Shown here: piece after piece, positions 11,876 through 24,557 of the stretch | Layout of the letters: every line of letters starts with the position of its first letter | Position numbering within the stretch: the first letter of the stretch is position 1 | Origin: Lytechinus pictus | Taxonomy: Eukaryota | Length of the DNA: 64,000 nucleotides | NCBI RefSeq assembly: GCF_037042905.1 | Contig: NC_087252.1 | Location: forward strand, 11,472,001-11,536,000 | Direction of reading: 5' to 3' | Notes under the pieces: generated by a model | Seen by the model: the letters and a program-made list of their open reading frames with translations, nothing else | Database searches by the model: none | What the model was told of the DNA's origin: nothing | Program-made: the position numbers and the translations under genes

Positions 11876-12399
11876 TATTCAAGGTTAATGGTTAAACACT
11901 ACAGACAAGGTAGATATGCTACTCCACAATTCCCAGTCTGGTAAGTTAAAGATTCAGCATCAAGTTAGAGCGGTAGTCATTAATTTTATGTAGAAAAAAG
12001 TTAGATTTAACAGCAGACTATTATTCACTTCGGATGGGAGACCAGGTTGATGGGGTAATAAGATAGCACATGAAAATTGGTGTGGAACGTTCGTGGATTC
12101 GTCTCACTGTTTTGTTGATATCACTTTACTACACGCATTGGTTGATATAAGACCGTTCACTTTCTCCAGTGAAGATTTTTTTAACTTAAATTGGCCCAAT
12201 TGATTCACGCTTCATCTCACACAAATGGGGTATAGACCTATTCATCACCATCAATGCAATGCATGAACACCGGGATCAGACCCAGGGGGGGGGGGGCACT
12301 CACGTACATCGGTGGACGGTGCGGGGACGTGCCGCTTTGATGACTCTTTTCAATTCCTAATCTCTATATACTCCGATTGACAAAATTTCTGGTCAGAAG

Positions 12400-12573
12400 C
12401 AGTGGCGTACCTAGGATTTTCCACAGGGGGGGGGGGGGCAAAACCGTCCGCCAAAAAATTTGACAAGCAAAAAAAAAAAGCTTCAAGCTCGTCAGGGGGG
12501 CAGGGATACGTCCTTTGCATGAGTTGTGGCTCGTCAGGGGGGCAGACTGCCCCCTCTGCCCCCCCCCCCCCCC
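12400..12573. mobile_element. hAT-like MITE remnant
   Basis: Starts CAGTGGCGTAC and contains poly-G/poly-C tracts. Flanks are gtcagaag/gtgagaag (7/8 match); the right TIR is missing. Confidence 0.45.
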
Positions 12574-12872
12574 GTGAGAAGCCGCCCCGTCCCACTCACG
12601 GGTCCCCTATTAAAAAGTTCCCCAGGCCTGTCAAAGTTGTCCAGCGCGAGCACCGAAAAGCTCACTGCACGAACGGCTTCACAAGATCACTCCACCATGC
12701 ATGGCTAGCGCCCAAGTTGCACAGTGCTGCTCAGTACAAAACGCAAGCCGTGTCTACCTCCAGTTAGACCAGGATCAAAGGACCTTTGAAAAATGAGCTC
12801 GATCAACCGTGGAGGTAAACTCCTTGGTTCAACCCAGACCACAGAAAAAGGTTTGATACCATAGGTAGATAG

Positions 12873-13132
12873 CATGGCCGTACGCAGCGAGGGGGGGGGG
12901 GGAAGGCAGTTGACCCCTCCCCCAAAATTTGACAAACTTTTTACTGAAAATTTCACAAAATTCACCAAAAGTATGCACACAATCGTTACTTTACACTTAA
13001 CAAAATGCAAAAGCGTCCCAATGACAAGCTCGGTCATTTTGCTTACTCGCTTTTGAGCTTTTATCGCTAGGTTTACACGTGCTGCCCCCCCCCCCCCCGA
13101 CAAAAAAAATTAAAAACCTGTGTACGGCTTTG
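12873..13132. mobile_element. hAT-like MITE
   Basis: TIRs catggccgtac/gtacggctttg and 8-bp TSD gtagatag/gtagttag. Confidence 0.65.
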
Positions 13133-14899
13133 GTAGTTAGTTTGGACCCCCTCGATCACTACTAGGTAAGGAGTATTCTCAAATTGTTGTATCCCTTTTT
13201 TCTACAGTCGAATTTACAGAACGATGTAAAATAGCCCAATCCCCCCCAAAAAAAAATGGAAAAAAAGTCCAAAACCTTTAAGGGGAAGGGGCAATGTAAG
13301 TTGCCATATCCCTGCTTGTTATATGTCATTTAAGTATAAAAATATTGGTAGATGATAGCTGTAACCAAACGATACAGCAACATTTTGAAATAATATTTAC
13401 ATATCAAACATTCAAATTAGGGATACAGTCATGACCATGATCCACTTCCATCTCAAGTAGATATGAACAAGTTACTTTGTGTTGTTGAAATCAAATATGC
13501 ATTAATCCTAACAAAATAAGACCTTAGCAATAGCTTAGAACATTTCAGAAACGTTTTTTTAAACTACAATTTGTGCTACTTTTGTACAATATTGAAGTGC
13601 CGTTAGTTTGTGATCCAACGCCACATGAATCATGTAGAATTACTGGCTTACTAGCGATAATAAACAAACCCATTACCGACGTTTTGAGCCAAAAATTTGG
13701 ACGGGATGGACATGACATATGGGGGTAGATAACCAAAGAGCTGTGAGCGAGCAAAGCGAGCGAGCAAAAAAATAATGTTTTTTATACAAAATCAATTTTG
13801 ACAGATTTCTACGTAATATTTAGAAAATAGTGTCACATTATATCCTTTTCCTTCCCTTGTCTTTCTTGTAACTCCATTCTTTTCTTAACCGTGAATAATT
13901 CTATTCATACGGCAGTCTTCATTACTGAATAGGAAAGAAAATGTAGTGTTCACCCTTTTCAAGTCACTTACGTGAATATATAGTATTAAAAAAAACGCTT
14001 GATGATAGGACCTACTATAATAATCTTCAAACAAAATTTACATTGCAAACACTGATTACCAAGTTTAATTTTCAGATGAATGTTACTTCATTTTTCATAT
14101 CAGTATTCCCATTCGTCTGAAATGAATAAAATAACTTAATGAATATCGCAGGGTTTTTTGGTGATATTAATTAATTTATGTTATAAGTGTCCAATGAGGA
14201 AATTTAGCTATTCTTTATAGGTTAAAATTTATGCGAACAGTGTATTTAAAAACGTAAACGTATAGCAATAATCACATGCACATTATGTGTTGTATATGCA
14301 GGGATTAATAGTTTTATAATATAATACTTATTGTCAGTTTTATGGCATTACATTTTTGAGGATCTTAATTGCCTATTTCATCACTTACTTTATGTGATGC
14401 AAAATTATCCATATGAATGATTATTTATAACTTCAATTGTCAGATTTGCTTTATCACAATGTCAAATACTATAAATTATTAATAAAATATTCTTCTTGGT
14501 TTGGTTTATTCCCGGTTGGTGCATTCCTGATTGATATGATTCAAAGTAGTCTTAATAGAGTATCAAACATTGTTTAAAACAACGGTGTTACATGTTCAAG
14601 TTCATTCATCAAATAAGAGCTGAGAGAAAAGAAGTGACAAGACTGGAGTCAAGCAAGGTCTGTATTGTGAGGCATTCCCCTCTTGTTGTGATGTTGGTGT
14701 AACGCATCTCCCGATATTTTGGCAAATGGACAAAAAATTGCCTCTCATGTTCGCATAGAAAATTAGAAATGGTAAACTCTTTTACATGGATGGTCTGAGA
14801 GAACTCTCAACGACAGCACTTATGGCTCGCATGTAGCTGACTTCATTGTGATCTTCTGGGAGCTGGTAGGATGACAGGATATGCACACCACTTGGAAGC

Positions 14900-16000
14900 T
14901 ATACCTTGATAGAAATAGCCAGCGCGAGCCTTTGTGGGTTTCAGGTGTAAGATAGGAGCTGTGAAATAATTCGGGTTTTTTAAGAGGAGGAAGAGCATAC
15001 ACTGTAAGCATATGGTGTTGGGTCTATCAACAGTACGAGAAGATTCCCTTTGACAGAAGACGTGTAGAAGGATCGCCTCTCAAACGGCTCATAAGGGAAC
15101 ATTACGGTCTTTGCTCAGAGCATAAGGTACTGGACGCGGACTGGAAGTAGGTAGGCATGGTAGGTAAACATGGTAATGGCCTCGTTAGCAGTACTGCATA
15201 GAATGAAAATGTTTCAGCAAGCGATAGAGGATTTTGTCCATATCATGAAAGCATTTTCTTGTTAGGCTGACCAACTTCTGCTCCATACAGCATCTTGTGA
15301 AATAGGTAGTGCTTCCAGATCGAGGGAAGCAACAATACTTGGGGTTAAGTCCGCCCCGATGGGAACCAACTCCTGTAAATGTGTACAGATCTTTCCTTCC
15401 TCATGTCTTGAAGCCATGGTTGGGATGAGTACGGTTGATACCAAGGTGATGGTGAGATTTCAATTGTCTGGTTATATCAGAGTCAATTAATCTGCCATAT
15501 CGTCAGGTTGTAAATGGTAAATGTACAGTGACACTCATTGGAGGATTAATCTGGGACCTTCTGATATTTGATATTTTTATGGGACTCTCACTGCATATTA
15601 TGTGGAGCCTTCAACCAACAAGCTCTGCTTTTATATACTTTTGGCTCCCTCATATCCACATCTCTTATTTTCTTTCTTTTTCATTATTTAAGAACCAATT
15701 ACAAGAATACATTCTAGTACTTTGTGTTTTATATTTGTTATATTATGTATACATTTCATATTTTACGATATTTATTTATGCTTATCTATGAAAATTTGTA
15801 TTCTATGATATTATTGTTTGTATTGATTTTGAAAATCTGAAATGTTGCTATGAATAAACCTTGAACCGTGTACCTTCTTAGAGTATAAGCATGGTTTAAG
15901 CACGGTATAATCATATAGGTCTTCGGTGTTGGTGCTGCCAAGGGCAACATCTTCTGCAAGTTCCAATTGGCCACACCCCTTGCATGCACCCCTTTGTCTA
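14900..16000 (-). pseudogene. Possible decayed Mab-21/cGAS-like nucleotidyltransferase relic
   Basis: Collinear motif fragments in shifting frames: VALGS...LYDYTV, ADLTPSI, VWSRSWS, KILYRLLKHF, KTVMF..E, LLKNPNYF. Stops and frameshifts are present. Weak, by-eye recognition only. Confidence 0.25.
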
Positions 16001-16392
16001 CTCCAGGGCCCTGTCTTACAAAGAGTTACGCGTACGATCCGATCAACCTCAACTCTATGGAAATCCATCAGTGTTATGTTTTTTTTTCTTTCTACAGGAC
16101 ATTTGCAAACTGTCTTTTGTAAACAAAGGGAAGCACACTAAATTTCAAGAAGACAATGAATGTATGATCACAAAGCATATCTAGAAAATATTTTTAACAA
16201 ATTTGGATTTTAGATGTTGACGTTGCAAGAATATAGGCCAGGCTATTGAAAAAAATAAATTAATAGGCCTAAAAATAAAAATGCATTTTTTTTTCTTCTT
16301 TCCTTTCTCAGTCACACACACACCCTGACCTCACTTAGGCCTACATACCCTCACACAAACTTACAGTCACAAACATAAACAACTGGTGCAGG

Positions 16393-18485
16393 CATAGGCG
16401 GAAATCTGTCCCGAAAGGTAGGGGGGACAACAGGGGCTGATCCAGCCTTCGCCAATAGGGGGGGGGGCCGAAAAATATTTTCAGCCATATGTTAATCCCC
16501 GATCGGCCGCTTGAAGGTAATTTTTGTCTGTTTCATTAAAGGAGTAGTCCTCATGGTCACTTTTTAGCTTTATTCTTATAAATCAACATAATGAATATAT
16601 AATATCATTGTCCTTATTTATATTTAAAAAAATTGGGCAAATTTATGTATTTTTTCCTAAAATTTGAACATTCTGGGCAATGTTTGTTATCCTGAAAAAG
16701 ATGTATATACAACTAAATATTTACTACGAACGCGAAGTGCGAGCAGAGGTTAACTGATGGAAAAGGTACCTGTTAAAGACTGTTGCAGTTAGCCATGAAG
16801 ACGTTACATATTTCAATAATCAAATAATGCGAGCGCGAAGCGCGAGCTGAATTTTTTTTAAATGTTTACCCAAAGACTGGAAATTCTAAGCACTTTTTGT
16901 AACTTAAACATATAATAGGTATATAACTAAACAATTGATGCGAACGCGAAGCGCGAGCGGAAAATTTTGAGATTTAGACCTAAGAACGAGACACTCTATT
17001 CATGTTTTATAAATCATGAAAAGGATGAGTAATTGGGGGTCTTCCTTACACCCGGTCCTTACATTAATAATGCGAGTGCAAAAGGCAGCCAGAAAACGTT
17101 CATATACGTTTAATTTGAATCGATCGAAAAGGTACTTGTTAAGGACTGCTTGCACTTAGCCATGAAGACGTTACATATTCCAACAATCAAATAATGCTAG
17201 CGCGAATCGCGAGCTGAAATTTTTTGACATTTCTACAAAAAGAATCGAAAATTTTAATCAATTTTTGTAATCGTGAACAGGGAAGCTATATAACTAAACA
17301 ATTGATGCAAGCGAAGCGTGAGCAGAAAAATTCGAGATTTAGACCTAAAAACGGGACACTCTACTCATGTTTTGTAAATCATGAAAAGGGTGAGTAATAG
17401 GGGATCTTTCTACATTAATAATGCGAGCACAAAGCGCGAGCAGAAAATTTTTGATATTGTGATCTAAAACTGGATTATGATTTAAATAAAGAACAAGTCG
17501 AATATCTGAATAAACATGCGCGTGTTTCAGATTTAGACCTAGAAACTCGGCATTCTACACATTCATCAGCGAGCGCGAAGCGCGAGCTTAAACTATTTGA
17601 TATTTCGATCTGAAAAAGAGTCAATTTCAGCTATATATTTCAAGCACTTTGTAGGAAAATTGTGAGGTGAATATGGATCATTAAATTAATATCTTATTTA
17701 TTAATGCCTAATGAGGGCGAGAAATCTGATGATATTATGGCCTGAAAACTGGACATTTCAAGCACTTTAGTAATTATGAATAGAATGCATCAGTTAAAAT
17801 ATTTTTTAACCATTAATGCGAGCGCAAATCGCGAGCCAAAATCTTTGATAAACTCTCCTGAAAATCAATATTGAGAAATACATAAATCGCCAATCAAATT
17901 GCGAGTAGCGCTATCTGCTACGTTTTGACAATCAGACTTGAAAAGGGATATTTTTCAAAACTAAATTGAATACACAAAAATGATAGGTTCTGAATAAATC
18001 GAATTTTGCAAGCGCTCAGTGCGAGTAGAAAATGTCAATATTCAGACCATAAAGCTGTCTCTTTTACAGGGCACTTTTTGAAAAATCAGTTTGTAAATCA
18101 CACAAAATAATGACAGTTCGATTTCCGAGGTGAAATGTATAATGTATATTGACTTCCAAACTTGATATTTAAGCTCCATATTGAAAAATCATCTAACAGG
18201 CAATGCGAGCGCGAAGTGTGAGCGAAAATTTTATATAGTGACATTAAAGATTCTTTTTATTTTCCAAGTCTTCCCCTCATCTTATTTTATTCACTCTGGA
18301 AAACTTGACAAGCAAAAAAAAAACAAAGGTTTTCACTCAAAATGTAAGGTCATTTAGTCCAAAATACACACGTGTGTTATTTCGAATGTGAATGATGCAT
18401 TTTTCTCCATCATAAAAGACAAAAAATAGTAGGGGGGACATTTGATATTGTGTCCCCCCTACTATTTTTGGTAGGGGGGACACAC
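16393..18485. mobile_element. Non-autonomous TIR element remnant with internal tandem structure
   Basis: Begins cataggcggaaatc...ggggggaca. About 12 GCGAGCGCGAAGCGCGAGC-like motifs and an internal duplication of about 367 bp (16760 vs 17127). Ends in a ggggggaca/tgtccccc cluster. Confidence 0.55.
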
Positions 18486-18862
18486 TCCGCGAACGCAGAT
18501 GATTGCATGTCACAAGCCGCGGAGATTGGGGGGGATTGATATTACGATCAATATGAGGGGGGGATTAATTGTGAATGATAACAGGTTATTACATTTTCTT
18601 AACTACTAAGTATTGAAAGCTGTCGAAATGAAGGGGGGGCCTCGGGGTCATTGACCCCTAGAAAAAGTTTTCACAATAAAAAAAAGAGTTACAAGCCAGA
18701 AAGAAAAGGGCAGAAAATTATGATAAATGATATTTTCTGAACATTATCAATATCTTTCATTAAGATATTTGTTTGAATTTACAGCGTCGTTTTCTTTGCT
18801 TGCTCGCTTCGCTGGCTCATAACAGTTGAGACATTTTGCCCCATAGGACATGTCTGCCCACC

Positions 18863-19702
18863 GGGGGCGTCGTGGTCTAGTGGTTAAGACTCCCGTCTTT
18901 CAATCTGATCAAGGTGGCCCGAATCCCAGCCATTGCGTGTATTCCTTCAGCAAGAAATTTACCCTCATTGTGCTGCACTCAACCCAGATGAGGTGAATGG
19001 GTACCGACAGGGAGCGGCGTACCGTGGGTCACGTACGCTTCAGCCCCCACTTTTTCCAAAACTGTGTATAAAAACGTACAAATTACCATATGATTGTGAA
19101 TTGTTTGCATGGTCAGCCCCCCCCCCCCCCCACTTTGAAAACCGTTCCGTGGCCCCTGTTTAAGTAGTCATGAAAAAGAAGCATATGTCACTACACAATA
19201 ATCACTCGAAGTGCGAGGAAATATATTTGGTGTAAATTGACTTAAAAACGAGAGGTTTTAGTACAACATGATTATATGTGTCGTTACACAGACAATGCGA
19301 GCACCAGGAACAATGAAGACACAGGCTCTGGGCAAATTATGTTTCATAAAATTACGATAAAAATGTTTCTTATGTAATATAACATAACATAATTATAATA
19401 CAATATAACATTATAATGAATAATAATTTCTTCTTTCCCACTACGTTTCTCTTCCTTTCTCCTTTTTCTCATTTTCCCCGGTTTTTTTTTTTGGTCAGCC
19501 GATTGGGGGGGGGGGGGCACGTGCCCCCCATGCCCCCCCCCCCCCGTACGCCACTGCCGGCAGGAAGTAATTCCTCAAAAAGCTGTGAGCACCGGAATCG
19601 GTAGACTAGTTTAGCCGGGGGTAATCTAGGAGCGCCTTGAGCACCTGTAGCAAGGTGGATCATTGCGCTATACAATCCTATGATACAGTTATTATCATCA
19701 TT
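18863..19702 (+). mobile_element. tRNA-derived SINE interrupted by a hAT-like insertion
   Basis: A-box TGGTCTAGTGG, degenerate B-box, shared core CAAGAAATTTACCCTCATTGTGCTGCACTCAACCCAG...GGGTACC. The 3' half resumes at 19557. Confidence 0.75.
19012..19556. mobile_element. hAT-like non-autonomous element
   Basis: Ends gagcggcgtac/gtacgccactg with 8-bp TSD ccgacagg/ccggcagg. Confidence 0.65.
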
Positions 19703-19838
19703 TCTCATTTATGTCAATACGCCATCGGTAATGAATTTGGTTTGGATCAGATCACATCGCCAGTAACAAGTAATTCAATTCTATTTCTATTTAATAATGG
19801 TGTCAAACCTTTTCTGTGGTGTGGTTTGAACGAAATCC

Positions 19839-20427
19839 TTAAAGTCCACCACAACAAAAAATTAATTTCAATAAAAAGAGAAAAATCCAACAAGCAAAAC
19901 ATCAAAAAACAATTTAAAAATTGGATGCGTAGGCCTAATGACATTTTAAAGTTTTGTTAATTTCACCAAACAGTTATTTGCACATCCAGGTCAGTATGCA
20001 AATGAGGAGACTGATGACGTACATGTACGTCATCCGCTCACCATTTATTTTGTGTTTCAATATATGAAATATGAAAGATTCAAATTTTCTCCTCATTAAT
20101 TTTGTCAAGAGAAACAAATTATATGGACTTCCTCCCTCAACATGTAAAATTAGGATTGTTTAATATTATGCGGTTCAGTCAAGTTCCTTCTTGTCAAAAG
20201 TATGTAAAAAATGAAATATTCTATAACTCAAGCAATAAAAAAAAGAAATAGTGAGTGAATGGCATCATCGGCTGTCTCATTTGTCACTGAATTGTGCATA
20301 TATCAATGTCATAACTTTCCTATTTTACATCTAATTTTGATTAAATTTTCAGCATATATTGCTAGTTTGGGTTTTCTCTATTTAATCAAATCAACATTCT
20401 TGTGGGGGGGGGGGGCTTGACCTTTAA
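19839..20427. mobile_element. TTAA-flanked MITE family A
   Basis: ttaaagtccacc...cttgacctttaa. Internally palindromic and homologous to 52544-53149; a partial copy lies at 23361-23560. Confidence 0.7.
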
Positions 20428-21319
20428 ATAGGGCCCCAATATGAGTTTTTGCTCCCCGTCTACGAGCTCTGTACGAAATAAATTCCGCAACTGTCGGTCG
20501 AATAAGGATATATCCCTCGCTTCGCTCGGGAAGCAGCCGCCAGGACCTCGACAAATTAATGGTTGCTTGGAAAATATTCATATAAATCAATCTGAACATT
20601 TTTTGTTCATATGGGCATAGAGAGGGATTACTACTGGATCTGGTCAGTCCCATGGGAGAGCAGTCACTGGTCAATGCTGGATTTTATGGGAACTTAATTA
20701 GTTGCCCAAGAAACCCTGTGAGCACAGACTGTGACTGCAACCAAGTTTACATGTAGTATTGGTGCGAAAAAAATGCTGAAAACCCCCTCTTCATATTTTG
20801 GGGGGAAATAGTTAGTGGTGTGTGCCCCGACTGCCCTTAATCCATAGAGATGTATACTAATAACGCAGTTTTTAATGTTGCTGCCCTCTACGTTCGTTGG
20901 TTCCACTTACATGTATTTGGAAACGCTGACCTGTCTCTCTTTAACTTTCTGAATCCTGAGACTGAGTACCGGTAACCTGAATTAAATTATGGACCCTAAG
21001 TCGCTGATCGAAGGTATGAAGCTGAAGACGGGAGTTTCTTAAATTTTCTTTAAAAAAAAGCGAGTTAGGCCGTGGTCAGAGCTCGCGCAACACTCTTTCC
21101 TCCATTTTATGCGGCCCCGCGTGTGCTTATTCGTGTTGATAGGGTATCTGCTACCTCATATACCTCAGCTCGGGCACTCATTCAATGAACAACAGAACAA
21201 GGTTATGAATATGATGATATAACCTTGTTCTTAGCTATAATATATCTCCATGTGTGGCAAAATAAGGATGGCAATGTTTGGCTTATTTTCTCTTTTTCTT
21301 TGGAACAAATGGTTGATTA

Positions 21320-22024
21320 GGGTGTCTGAAGCCACACTCACTGAAAAGTGTCAGCATAAAAGTTAAAACAGGCTGATTTAGGAGAAAATATGGCACATTT
21401 TTTTCGGGAAGTTCAGGCTACTAGAAAAATGTGATCTGAATTGATTATTAACTTGTGTTTGGCATGTATGGAAAGAGAAAATTCAGGGGCTCCTTTTGAC
21501 AGTAAGGACAAGTTTATATGGTCATTTTGAATAAGGATTTAGAGATAAATTGCAAACCCTTATTTTTGTGTGTGTTGAGATTGCCATTTCCCCATGCGTT
21601 TTCTATGGGAAAATGAAATTTCTGTTTTGCACAATTTTTTCACTTTGTCACAATTTTTCATTATGATCTGGTTTCCAAATCTTTATAAAAATCATACCAT
21701 CAGAAAGAGCATAAAAAATCCTATTGGACTCTAGTTTATGGACAAGTTTTTGGCATTAATAATAAATTTATGACAGCTCTCGGAAGCTAAAAATTTGGAT
21801 TTGTGTGTGTCCATTTCTTAACTAACAAGTTACACAGTCTATGGCAGAGAAATGCTGAAAATTGACCTAATTTCATTCTTTTTTGCAGCCAATAACTGGA
21901 TTTTTTTCAAAAATGTTACATTTCTGTCAGTCTGAAGGTCATTTCTCTTCAAATTTACAAAGAAAATGTGATATTTTCTTGAAATAAGAAATTTTTTTTT
22001 TTTCTCCAGACACCCCAGACACCC
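21320..22024. mobile_element. TA-flanked TIR element
   Basis: ta-GGGTGTCTG...CAGACACCC-ta, with the right terminus locally duplicated. Confidence 0.55.
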
Positions 22025-22421
22025 TAGCTTGATTGTTTTACACTGACAGTTTCCATTACACCTATTCATCATACAACTAGGCCCTTGGCCTTAACTTAAG
22101 TAAATTTCATTCTTTAAATTGTTTTTTTCTTATAATTAAAAATAGAGATAAAAAATGAAAATTTTCTTGCCATATTATTTTCCACCAATAGAGGGCGTAC
22201 ACAAAAATATGCCAAAAATTCAAGTTTTTGAGCACTCTAGTGAATACAAAAATTATTCCCAAGTTACTAATGAAAAATAAATTGCAAATGTATGGAAATT
22301 AGTAATTTTGGTTACAAAAGTGATATTTTAATCATTTTCTAAAGTGTGTGCTCTGTACAGCATTGGCATGCCAACCAACCTGTAGATTCCCCACAGGCAG
22401 GGTGGTTGCAGTGAACAAGTG

Positions 22422-23050
22422 ACCTCGGGCGATGACGATGTTCGTGCAGGCTCCACTCCACTACCGCTCCACTTACCCGAACATCGGGACTGTGAACCAT
22501 TTCAGATATACCGAGTCACAAAGGTGGGATGGCAATCATGATAATCGTAAAAATCAAACCAAAAAAATATAACGAGGGATATGAATGACTTGTCTTACAA
22601 TCTTACTCTACACCCAGCTCCGTGTCCATCCTCCAGTTATCCTCAAAATTTGTGATTTTGGGCCAGTATCTTTTTCCTCACACGTATTATTCACGGCCGA
22701 TTTCAAAACATCGCATGCGATCGGTTGCTGATCGATTGCGATCGCATGCGATGTTTTAAAATCGGCCGTGAATAATACGTGTGAGGAAAAAGATACTGGC
22801 CCAAAATCACAAATTTTGAGGATAACCGGAGGATGAACACGGAGTGAAATACAGGTGTAGAGTAAGATATTAAGTCATTCATATCCCTCGTTATATTTTT
22901 TTTGTTTAATTTTTACGATTATCATGATTGCCATCCCACCTTTGTGACTCGGTATATCCGAAATGGTTCACGGTCCCGATGTTCGGGTAGGTGGAGCGGA
23001 GTGTAGCGGTAGTGAAGTGGAGTGGAGCCTGCACGAACATCGCCTGAGGT
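22422..23050. repeat. Near-perfect foldback palindrome of about 630 bp
   Basis: Inverted arms of about 300 bp (22422-22723 and 22739-23050) around a 15-nt spacer. Confidence 0.9.
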
Positions 23051-24557
23051 AGGTATCTGCCAGTGTTTCCACAGATCCAAAACAAATTTCCCGAAACTGA
23101 ATCACATATGACCCGAAATTCATAGATATTTCCTGGAATTTTCAAGTTATATTTTTAAACAAAAATCAGGCAATAGTGAAGCGAGCCTAAATGTGGTCCA
23201 AGTGACAAAAAAAATCAAAGAATTCATCATCTTTAACTTAGCTTAGTTAAACTAAAGTTAAGGTTAAAAATAGGATTAGGAACACATTTACGAAATGCGA
23301 GCGCGGAGTGCACGAGTAGAAAAGTTTGAGTTAAAGTTATGCATTGATTTAAACTATTCTTTAAAGGTCAAGTCCACCCCAGAAAAACGTTGATTTGATT
23401 TTGAATCAGTAGAGAAAAATCGAACGTGCATAACATCGAAAATTTCATCAAAATCGGATGTAAAATTACTAAAATGTTATTACCTCGTTCATCAGTAGGA
23501 TGAGTGTGTAAAATGAGAAAGTTACAAGTTTCGCTTGTTTTTCACAAAACAGTTATATTAGTATCCCGTAATTAGTAACCATCTGGAATAATTATTATTG
23601 GAAATGGTTTTTTGACTGATTCGAGTAGGGGTCATTCCATCTGGATTCACCTAGTGGTTGCACCCGACCCTCTCAGTTTTTGTTGTAAATTGGTACACAT
23701 AAAATTCATCATGGCCCAAGCACAAAACAAAAAAAATTAGTCCAATCGGTCCGTCGGTTCTCGTGCTACGGCCCGCCCTTTTCTCATTGTTTTGACAAAA
23801 ATGGGCGTGACCTTCATCTTTCAATGGCCATTGCGTCGTAATGTGTTGACCAATTTTCACGAAACTGGTACCATTCAAAAGGAAATTCAGAGAGGAATCC
23901 AAAACATGAATCAAATAATGTATTGGAGCGATTTATAAGGTCATGACCTTTGACCTTTACTTTGACCTTGAGTTTGACCCTCGGACAAATATTTTTTTAC
24001 TTGATTTTCATGTATTTTAATTTTTAGTATGATAATGACAAAAGATATTAAAAGCAATGATGATATTTCATTTCTTCACCTTTTAAAACTCTTCCAAAGA
24101 TACCAATTATCTGATCTGAAATTTCACTCTAGTCCCACATACTGATATTCATGTTGGTAAAGTGTTTACCAGTCCCATGATACATTTTTACGGTTTATAT
24201 CACAAAACAAAAGGAGCCGAGCAGCTTTTCATCTGTGACACCCCAAAATTCGAAATTTGTCTTTATTCTCATAGAAATGCCCAAGTATATACCAAAATTT
24301 AAAAAAATTATTTTTATATTTTACCTAAAACACAAAGAAAGGCCTATAAAAATAATAGATATATACATAAAAATATGTTTACAAGAATACAGGTGCATGT
24401 ACATATAATGCAAACCTTATAGTAGCAAGCTGTGTGTACTTTATTTGTAGTGCAATTTGAAATTAAGTTTATTATACCACTTGCAATGAGGAATAACACT
24501 CATGTGCTCTCTATCTATTTTTCTTTAATTTATGTTCCAGGTAAGAGTTCTGTGAAG

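Noticed and set aside
14640..14670. TGVKQG as a LINE reverse-transcriptase motif
   Set aside because: A single short motif with no following LSP or YADD; insufficient evidence.
18863..18935. tRNA genes here and at 48687 and 49700
   Set aside because: The cloverleaf and B box are degenerate, and each head continues into a shared SINE body and tail.
24432..24557. N-terminal extension of the 157-aa ORF
   Set aside because: It begins at GTG and crosses a polypyrimidine tract and acceptor (24540), so it is mostly intronic.
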